NCBI GenBank assembly: GCA_965235115.1
Contig: OZ249440.1
Coordinates: 35,528,001 to 35,592,000, forward strand
Length of the DNA stretch: 64,000 nucleotides
Reading direction: 5' to 3'
From: Laetmonice hystrix
Lineage: Eukaryota
Below, in pieces: positions 13,717 through 22,826 of this stretch. The position numbers and the translations under genes were made by a program. The number at the start of each line of letters is the position of its first letter. The first letter of the stretch is position 1. Under the pieces are notes generated by a model. It worked only from the letters and a program-made list of their open reading frames with translations. It made no database searches and was not told the DNA's origin.

Positions 13717-16398
13717 GAGATGTACACAATACGGCTGCCAATGAAAACTTTTGAACTAGGTAGCTCCTTTTTTAGAATTTTGTAGGTCTTGGCTAAACCA
13801 ATGACTCGCTCAACATGGATTCGCTTTGAAGCGATTCGTCGATCTCTGACAACATCTTCAGGTGGACGTTGTGATTTGCCTTTGAGCATCTTTGGCGTGT
13901 TTACGAAAACATCTTTGGTGGCAAATAAATTTTGCACCATTATGCCACGATCTGCCATAATACTGTCACCCTTGTTGAACATTCCTGGTTGGTTACACAG
14001 TGAAGAACGTTCAATTATCTGGCGATCAGACGTACTTCCACCATAACTATCACTTACCTAGGTGACAACACCACGGCGGCTGCAGCCTACCATGGTCTTC
14101 AGTGTGTTTCTGTTCTTGTAGGAGGAATAGATTACCCGTTGGGCAATGACATTGGTTGGCCTTTGGATAGGAATTTCAGTACCATCGAGTATAACCCTTG
14201 TATTGGGAAACATTTGCCTGAAATGTTCTGGTATATGACACTCTATCACTTCTTGTGATGGCCAAGTGTCTAATTCCTCCTAACTACATGAAATTGATCC
14301 ATGTGTGGACCACTTGTGAAACAGTTGATTCTGACACATGAAATAAAATACTGAGTTCTTGGTCATCTTTGGCCTGTCGAAGTTTAATGAGTGTAAGGAA
14401 TAACTGGTCCTCGGTCTCAAGCACATTGCAGTTGTAGTTTAAGTCATTGGCAGCACGACCCAGAATTCCTAGAAATAACTTGAAGTGGTTATAGCAGCTA
14501 AATCCAGTGTAGTACTGGATTGTACGATCATTTGATTCAAAGTTATGGACGGAAATCTTTGTGTCCAGTAATGTGCATTGAACTCCAGTTGTGGCCTGAA
14601 CCATTGTTGAACTGCCACTGACTTCTTCATTAGTTAAGTCGTCATTACTGATGACCACTTCTTTTTCCAGAATATCCAAATCTATTTGGTGTTCCACAAT
14701 TTTACATTCACTATCAGGAACAGTGGGTTTATTCAACATTCTGGCACGTTTGGCTGCTCTGGCTTTCCGCTCTGTTGCCAAAGCACTTGGAGGTTGCTTG
14801 AATGGGAACAATGATGGAACTGCATCCCTTTTAAGACGTTTCCTTTCACCTTTAAGGCCAAAAAAAAAAGAAGTTCCGTTTCTTGTCCTTTCATATAAAA
14901 AAATTGGTGCGGTGACGCGGTTTTTTTTTTTTTTCATCTTTCTTTTTTTTTTTTGGATGCAACTAGACAACGGCCGATTCTTCGAATGCAATTGCTGTTG
15001 GGTACATAAATCTTGAAGAAAAGACTAATGCAATGATGTTCAATGTTTTAGAATGTGTAAAACTCACATAAAATCAACAAGACTAACAGAAAAACGCCAA
15101 CGCCAAAGAACCGTTGCAACGTTCTGCCACAGCGCTTGCCCACCATATGAAGCAGTCGGATTTGAAAAAAAAAGACTTGACGCGGGGGTTTTTAGGTGAC
15201 GCGCGCGGGGACAAGAAACGAATCTTTTTTTTTTTTTGCCTAACAAGCAAATTAATATTTAAATATAAGTTATATTGTCTTTATATTATATTGATACTTT
15301 ATATTATATTATTTTATTGTTAAATTTTAACTATTTTTAATATTATATTGTATATTTATTATGTTATAGAAGTACAGTAGTCTTGGCCAGGACCATAGAA
15401 CCAGGACAAATTTCGACAATATTCGAGGACCACGTTCAAGAATAAATGGTTTTTGGTCCAGACTGAACATATTTCTTTTACGTTTGGCATTTCTCCCATT
15501 AGTACATTACAGACAGTGGCGTCTGAGTAGGGGGCACACCCCCCACACTTTTTCAGTTTTTTGTTGTTTCGTGTTTGCCTTCTAGATTGTCCCTCCTGCA
15601 AACATCACAATAAAAAGTCAGGCAAGTTCGTGACTGTCCTCCCCCCCCTGACTTTTTCAAACTTTCAAAAGAAACTGGAAACTGGCACTTGCATTACTGA
15701 TAGAATCTCTAATGATGGCAGATGAAAACACAGGCTACTTCGAAAGAGTACTTAGGGGACCATAGCCACGCCTACCCCCCCCCCCCACCCCACCCCACCC
15801 CTTGGGCATTGGGTCCAAAGCCGAAGGGTCCTGATTTCCGGATTAAGTTCCCTATTTGTTAGAGAAAATAAAAAGAAAATCGGGACTTTTTGGGGTTGAA
15901 CTTGTATAATCAGGCCCTTATTTTTAAAGGAAGCTTTCCAGTAAAAACTTCAAGAACCCCTGCCTTTTCCCCTTTTCTGTTTGGCCATTTCTGTCAGCGG
16001 TGTGCTGTGCCTGACCGTGGCTGACGACGGTAGTCCGCTAAATGGGGACTAGAGCCTAGGCCAACTAGGCCTAGCCCTAGACACTACGAATATGAATTTA
16101 CAAGGCCAACTAAAATAGTACTTTATTAACTACTATTAATATTACTAATATGTCGAAATAATACATGTGTCAAAAATTACATATAGGCCTACCCATATCA
16201 GTGACAACATAGTCATCTGTCTTGAAGTGTGCATGACACACCACATCACACTCCCCCGGTTGCCACAGTTTGCCATCGGCCCCCAGTCGGTGGAGAGAGA
16301 CAACCCATTTCTTCCTCAGGGCAGGTTTCTGGGTTCGGGAACTTGTGGCCACCCACCCGGTTTGTACAGCCAGGCACACAGCAAAACGTTGGCATTTT
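13717..16398 (-). pseudogene. THAP-domain ISL2EU/Harbinger-type (DDE_Tnp_4) transposase pseudogene, two exons
   Basis: THAP CCVPGC..W..VCHAHF (16190-16398); RLKRDAVPSLF; HTH LTLIKLRQ..SESTVS; ILDGTEIPIQRP, YGGSTSDR, MADRG, RIHVERVIG; stops and frameshifts. Confidence 0.85.
14856..15240. mobile_element. MITE (Kolobok-like) in the transposase intron
   Basis: Imperfect TIRs GGCCA(n)GAAGTTCCGTTTCTTGTCC / GGACAAGAAACGAATCT(n)GCC; TTAA at left, degenerate at right. Confidence 0.55.
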
Positions 16399-16686
16399 GA
16401 CACTGTTAACTATACTAGGCCAGCAAGACTGTAAAATATTGGAGTCTTTCATCAGGAACAAAATTATGAGTTTTATGCTCTCGCAAAATCTATTTTCGGA
16501 CCAACAACATGGATTCATGAGTGGCAGGTCCTGTACTACCAACCTACTGGCATGCCTGGATGCATTGGACTGACGTCATAGATGAGGGGGGCTGCGTTAG
16601 TAGTGTGAAAAGGCTGGTTTTGGCCCACCTGGCCCTATGTTATTCCAATGGGGCAAAAACGCCCCGCCAGCAGAGCCCCGCCAGCT

Positions 16687-16915
16687 GCAGAGGCGGGTCT
16701 CTGGGGTCACCCTGGGGTCACCCTGCGGTCACTGGGTCACGTCAGCGCTATGGACCAGTTGCAGAGGCGGGTCTCTGGGGTCACCCTGGGGTCACCCTGC
16801 GGTCACTGGGTCACGTCAGCGTTATGGACCACCTGCAGAGGCGGGTCTCTGGGCTCACCCTAGGGTCACCCTGGGGGTCACCCTGCGGTCACTGGGTCAC
16901 GTCAGCGCTATGGAT
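16687..16915. repeat. Subterminal 74-bp tandem repeat x3 rich in GGGGTCACCC (mirrored at ~23655-23880)
   Basis: GCAGAGGCGGGTCTCT starts at 16687, 16761 and 16835. Confidence 0.9.
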
Positions 16916-17250
16916 AACAAGTCGACTCCTGCAGACGGAAAATACCCTGCTATAGTAAGTACCCAATAAGTCGACAAGAACCCCCCCCCCCCCCCACGTC
17001 GGCGGCTATTTATAGTCTCTGGGTCACCCTGGGGTCACTGGGTCATGTGGGGTTTGGGGGGTGCGTGCGTCTGTATGGATGGATGGATGGATGAATGGAC
17101 GGGCAGATGGTGTTTTCATTCACATATGGGGGTGGGGTCTGTGACCCATAGACCTATAGGAGTTAGATGGGGCCGTTAGTCGAGAACGGTACTCGCCACG
17201 GGAAGGCCGCCCCAAAGGAGCACCATCTAAAATTTGGATGTGCAGGTCTG

Positions 17251-17490
17251 AAAAGTTTCCCTATAACTACAGGGTGAGTCCACCTAATGTTTCCTCCCCA
17301 AAAAGCTTCCCTATAACTACAGGGTGAGTCCACCTAATGTTTCCTCCCCTAAAAGCTTCCCTATAACTACAGGGTGAGTCCACCTAATGCCCTCCTATGC
17401 CTATATACAGAGTGAGTCCACCTAATGTTTCCTCCCCAAAAAGCTTCCCTATGTCTATGTACAGGGTGAGTCCACCTAATGTTTCCTCCC
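17251..17490. repeat. Subterminal ~50-bp tandem repeat, 5 copies of core GTGAGTCCACCTAATG (mirrored at 23080-23319)
   Basis: Units start at 17251, 17301 and 17351, plus two variant copies. Confidence 0.9.
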
Positions 17491-17743
17491 CATCTCTATT
17501 ATTTACAAATACATGACCATGGGAATCATAAGCAAACATGAATGGTTTACAGCTAAATTAATAGCGTGCCAGTGACCATATTGATGATAAGTGGTTTACA
17601 ACTAAATTAATAGCATGTCAGTGACCACAATGATGATGGGTGGTAGATGACCTCAGCTTTCCACTGCAGTAATCTACCATCATGGTTCAGACTACAAGAT
17701 GCTAAGGATGATGTTTGCATTATGATGCCCACAGGGTGGCCTC

Positions 17744-18817
17744 CTAGACGTTTTGAAGGTCTGACTGTTTCACCCACGAGTTGAATTTTTGTGGCCAATA
17801 TTTCCATTTCACATAGACCATTTTGTTTTTCCCTTTTCCTTTATGCCTAATTATGTTTTCCACCTTCCAAATGTCGTTAGACGTCACTTTCTGAAGCTCG
17901 TCCTGATAAAATGTCCCGGTGACCTCATCGTTTTGGAAATCTATTAATTTGTAAAGGGGAAGACCTTTACGATGGAAGCGTTTGAAAATTTTAAACACCT
18001 CACCCGTCCATTTCTCGTCGTATTCTCGACTGAAGGGGTTGCGCAAATAGCTGATTCTCACATAGTCACCCATGTCATATTTAAAAGCTCTAGCTCGTTT
18101 CTTTGAAAGATAAGGCCAATACAGGTTCCACCAAAGGATCGTTTCGTTTTCCTTTGACACATCCGCTGGACTCATCTTGATGGAACGATGTTAGGTGTGA
18201 TTGTAACTCTCAGCTATATCAGTCAGTATATCCACATAGTTGTAGGTTTGTTTGGCGGTGAAAAATCGGTAAATCCTAGATTTGACACTTTTAATCACAC
18301 GTTCTGCATAGTTGGCTTTGACTTCGTTTTGTGTGACAAAGTGGTGGACTTCGTTCTTCTTGAACATGACCTGGACAATTTTAGCCCGAAACTCTTGTCC
18401 CTTGTCACTTCGAAGATATTTAGGGCGTCTGCCTTCAGCAAAGACCACTTCAAAGGCGTGAGCCACTTCAGACCCTGTTTTTGTTTTGAGTGGTTTTAAC
18501 CATAGGTAGCGAGAGAAGACATCGATTACGACCAAAACGAAACGGACACCATTGTTGAATTTGGATAAACGAGTAAAGTCAATAAGGTCAGCATCCCACT
18601 GATCGTCAATGCCAGATACGACCACTTTGCTTCTCTCGAATCTTCTCGAAACAGGTTTGTGAAGAGTGTAGGACTCTTGTTTTCGGAGCCATTCTTCAAT
18701 GCTGTGTAAGGTGTATTGTTTCCCGTCAGTTAAAGTAGCTTTATACAGTTTTGAAGCACCCCCAAAACTGGCCGGATGTTTTGGATCATAGTACAACGAA
18801 GTCAGGTAGGCGTCCAT
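17744..18817 (-). pseudogene. Polinton retroviral-like integrase + chromodomain, left-arm copy, one in-frame TAA
   Basis: Mirror of 21753-22826 with identical translated ORFs. Confidence 0.9.
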
Positions 18818-18876
18818 CCTTTACCCTGTCCCCATCGACAAATGAGTGAAAGTGCCGAATGTTTGTCTTATATGGC

Positions 18877-20373
18877 CTACACCTCTTCGCCCGTTTCTTC
18901 TTCTCCGTTGTCTGATTCTTCTTCTTCTTCATCTGATTCTTCTTCATCAGACTCAAACACTTCCTCGAATTCCAGTTTACGCCTGGTGAGTGCCCGTTTG
19001 ATGGCTGCCTTTGTTGACATGCCGCCTTTTACAAGACTTTCTGCATGATCCAGAATAGCCTCTGTGACATGGTTGTGCCTCACATCCAGCGCTGTTTCCA
19101 GAAAATGTTTATACAAAGTAAAGAACTTCCCTATGTCTTCTTCCCGCACCAACCGATCGGCTCTCTTTTCAGCCTCGTCTCTGACTACTCCATTCTCAGT
19201 GAGTCGGGTGACCTCATTTTTCCAAGTTTCACTGTTTTCTTCTCTGGCTTTTCCCCATAATTCTATCATGGAAGGATAGTCAGCGATGCTGTCTTCTGTT
19301 TCAGTTTCAACATCATCATCTACTTCTTCCTTATCTGTTTCCTCCATGGTGCTAAGCCATTCGCCATTGAAATCAACACGTTTCTTTTTGTTAACGGGTT
19401 CAAGGTCGTCATTATTTTCTGGGCACCATTTCCTTATGTGTCTTTGTAGATCATACATGTTTGAAAACAACTGTCCACAATCTTCACAAGCATAAGTGTT
19501 CATTGTCGTAGGCTTCTTTTCCTCAGCCATGTGAGATGTATGATGTGGTGTCGTCTGTTGTAACCTGGGAGTGATGTGAACAGGTCGATGGCCAAGTGGC
19601 AACTGAGGTGATTGACCAAAGACACTGCTTTTTATAAGTCTCTGCGAGTCTGGTGTAGTAGGCTTGAGATCCACCAATAAGTAGCCATAGGGTTCTCGTG
19701 TTGCATCCTCGAAGGCCTCCATGAAATATACAGTGTTACTGGGGTACATCTGTCTGCCGAAAGTCATTACTTGCTGTTTGTCTCCTGGGCTTTTGAACAA
19801 AACCAATTAATGTGCATTGCGTCGCTGAGTTGGATCCTTATTGAAGTATAGATTTTGTGAGAGGACGATGACAGAGAGGTTGCGATGATGGGACCCTTCA
19901 GTGAACAAGTCAGTGACCTGGGTATCTTTGGCTGCAGACGACATTAAATCGTCTAACACGATCAAATTTCTGGCTGAGGGATCGATGAAGCTATCTTGAT
20001 CCAGATTATGAGGGATGCCTTGGATAAATTCCACACAAGGTTGTACCGTATTTACAATGTCCGTATATAATGGCTGCCATCGCTTGTAAAGCCAAATGAT
20101 CCTCTGAGGCTTGGGTGAAATGTGCATATGTTGTAACATATTTTTCACAAATGTAGTTTTCCCACATGCAGTCGGTCCACTCACGATCATGGTGAAAGTA
20201 TGTTGAAACGGGTGTCCCTCAAAATCCTGGTTGGAGAGGACTTGTTCTGATTCATGTTCAGGAGTGACTCCCACTGGAGTCACTCCCGGAGTCACTCCGG
20301 GAGTCACTCCCGGAGTCACTCCGGGAGTCACTCCCGGAGTCACTCCAGTGGGAGTCACTCCAGTGGGAGTCAC
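18877..20373 (-). pseudogene. Polinton packaging ATPase-Zn finger, left-arm copy, 5'-truncated with a private nonsense codon at 19807-19809
   Basis: HPFQHTFTMIVSGPTACGKTT, LIVLDD; RNAH-TAA-LVLF versus RNAH-TAT-LVLF in the right arm. Confidence 0.9.
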
Positions 20374-21693
20374 TCCAGTGGGATCGTGAGTGGACCGACT
20401 GCATGTGGGAAAACTACATTTGTGAAAAATATGTTACAACATATGCACATTTCACCCAAGCCTCAGAGGATCATTTGGCTTTACAAGCGATGGCAGCCAT
20501 TATATACGGACATTGTAAATACGGTACAACCTTGTGTGGAATTTATCCAAGGCATCCCTCATGATCTGGATCAAGATAGCTTCATCGATCCCTCAGCCAG
20601 AAATTTGATCGTGTTAGACGATTTAATGTCGTCTGCAGCCAAAGATACCCAGGTCACTGACTTGTTCACTGAAGGGTCCCATCATCGCAACCTCTCTGTC
20701 ATCGTCCTCTCACAAAATCTATACTTCAATAAGGATCCAACTCAGCGACGCAATGCACATTATTTGGTTTTGTTCAAAAGCCCAGGAGACAAACAGCAAG
20801 TAATGACTTTCGGCAGACAGATGTACCCCAGTAACACTGTATATTTCATGGAGGCCTTCGAGGATGCAACACGAGAACCCTATGGCTACTTATTGGTGGA
20901 TCTCAAGCCTACTACACCAGACTCGCAGAGACTTATAAAAAGCAGTGTCTTTGGTCAATCACCTCAGTTGCCACTTGGCCATCGACCTGTTCACATCACT
21001 CCCAGGTTACAACAGACGACACCACATCATACATCTCACATGGCTGAGGAAAAGAAGCCTACGACAATGAACACTTATGCTTGTGAAGATTGTGGACAGT
21101 TGTTTTCAAACATGTATGATCTACAAAGACACATAAGGAAATGGTGCCCAGAAAATAATGACGACCTTGAACCCGTTAACAAAAAGAAACGTGTTGATTT
21201 CAATGGCGAATGGCTTAGCACCATGGAGGAAACAGATAAGGAAGAAGTAGATGATGATGTTGAAACTGAAACAGAAGACAGCATCGCTGACTATCCTTCC
21301 ATGATAGAATTATGGGGAAAAGCCAGAGAAGAAAACAGTGAAACTTGGAAAAATGAGGTCACCCGACTCACTGAGAATGGAGTAGTCAGAGACGAGGCTG
21401 AAAAGAGAGCCGATCGGTTGGTGCGGGAAGAAGACATAGGGAAGTTCTTTACTTTGTATAAACATTTTCTGGAAACAGCGCTGGATGTGAGGCACAACCA
21501 TGTCACAGAGGCTATTCTGGATCATGCAGAAAGTCTTGTAAAAGGCGGCATGTCAACAAAGGCAGCCATCAAACGGGCACTCACCAGGCGTAAACTGGAA
21601 TTCGAGGAAGTGTTTGAGTCTGATGAAGAAGAATCAGATGAAGAAGAAGAAGAATCAGACAACGGAGAAGAAGAAACGGGCGAAGAGGTGTAG
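20254..21693 (+). CDS. A32/FtsK-like packaging ATPase fused to a C2HC Zn finger and acidic tail, with chimeric Ser/His-rich N-terminus (479 aa)
   Basis: Walker A SGPTACGKTT, Walker B LIVLDD, HHRNLSVIVLSQN, RRNAHY; CEDC..HIRKWC; open from ATG 20254. Confidence 0.8.
   Translation: MFRSDSHWSHSRSHSGSHSRSHSGSHSRSHSSGSHSSGSHSSGIVSGPTACGKTTFVKNMLQHMHISPKPQRIIWLYKRWQPLYTDIVNTVQPCVEFIQGIPHDLDQDSFIDPSARNLIVLDDLMSSAAKDTQVTDLFTEGSHHRNLSVIVLSQNLYFNKDPTQRRNAHYLVLFKSPGDKQQVMTFGRQMYPSNTVYFMEAFEDATREPYGYLLVDLKPTTPDSQRLIKSSVFGQSPQLPLGHRPVHITPRLQQTTPHHTSHMAEEKKPTTMNTYACEDCGQLFSNMYDLQRHIRKWCPENNDDLEPVNKKKRVDFNGEWLSTMEETDKEEVDDDVETETEDSIADYPSMIELWGKAREENSETWKNEVTRLTENGVVRDEAEKRADRLVREEDIGKFFTLYKHFLETALDVRHNHVTEAILDHAESLVKGGMSTKAAIKRALTRRKLEFEEVFESDEEESDEEEEESDNGEEETGEEV
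20261..20383. repeat. 12/15-bp tandem array of quasi-palindromic GGAGT(C/G)ACTCC at the palindrome centre
   Basis: Read directly; encodes TPGV/TPTGV on the minus strand and SHSG/SHSR on the plus strand. Confidence 0.95.
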
Positions 21694-21752
21694 GCCATAT
21701 AAGACAAACATTCGGCACTTTCACTCATTTGTCGATGGGGACAGGGTAAAGG

Positions 21753-22826
21753 ATGGACGCCTACCTGACTTCGTTGTACTATGATCCAAAACATCCGGCC
21801 AGTTTTGGGGGTGCTTCAAAACTGTATAAAGCTACTTTAACTGACGGGAAACAATACACCTTACACAGCATTGAAGAATGGCTCCGAAAACAAGAGTCCT
21901 ACACTCTTCACAAACCTGTTTCGAGAAGATTCGAGAGAAGCAAAGTGGTCGTATCTGGCATTGACGATCAGTGGGATGCTGACCTTATTGACTTTACTCG
22001 TTTATCCAAATTCAACAATGGTGTCCGTTTCGTTTTGGTCGTAATCGATGTCTTCTCTCGCTACCTATGGTTAAAACCACTCAAAACAAAAACAGGGTCT
22101 GAAGTGGCTCACGCCTTTGAAGTGGTCTTTGCTGAAGGCAGACGCCCTAAATATCTTCGAAGTGACAAGGGACAAGAGTTTCGGGCTAAAATTGTCCAGG
22201 TCATGTTCAAGAAGAACGAAGTCCACCACTTTGTCACACAAAACGAAGTCAAAGCCAACTATGCAGAACGTGTGATTAAAAGTGTCAAATCTAGGATTTA
22301 CCGATTTTTCACCGCCAAACAAACCTACAACTATGTGGATATACTGACTGATATAGCTGAGAGTTACAATCACACCTAACATCGTTCCATCAAGATGAGT
22401 CCAGCGGATGTGTCAAAGGAAAACGAAACGATCCTTTGGTGGAACCTGTATTGGCCTTATCTTTCAAAGAAACGAGCTAGAGCTTTTAAATATGACATGG
22501 GTGACTATGTGAGAATCAGCTATTTGCGCAACCCCTTCAGTCGAGAATACGACGAGAAATGGACGGGTGAGGTGTTTAAAATTTTCAAACGCTTCCATCG
22601 TAAAGGTCTTCCCCTTTACAAATTAATAGATTTCCAAAACGATGAGGTCACCGGGACATTTTATCAGGACGAGCTTCAGAAAGTGACGTCTAACGACATT
22701 TGGAAGGTGGAAAACATAATTAGGCATAAAGGAAAAGGGAAAAACAAAATGGTCTATGTGAAATGGAAATATTGGCCACAAAAATTCAACTCGTGGGTGA
22801 AACAGTCAGACCTTCAAAACGTCTAG
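21753..22826 (+). pseudogene. Polinton retroviral-like integrase + chromodomain, right-arm copy, in-frame TAA at 22377-22379
   Basis: YYDPKHPASFGG, DDE residues in WDADL/RSDKGQEF/AERVIK; continues in frame HRSIKMSP..GDYVRIS; chromodomain VENII..YVKWKYWPQKFNSWV. Confidence 0.9.

Noticed and set aside
16521..16969. ORFs across the Polinton terminal repeats (and mirrors at 23598-24133)
   Set aside because: Translations of GC-rich tandem repeats open in several frames, with no domain signal.
17251..17490. CRISPR-like array (also considered for 42850-43210 and 56629-56938)
   Set aside because: Head-to-tail repeats without unique spacers, eukaryotic context and no cas genes.
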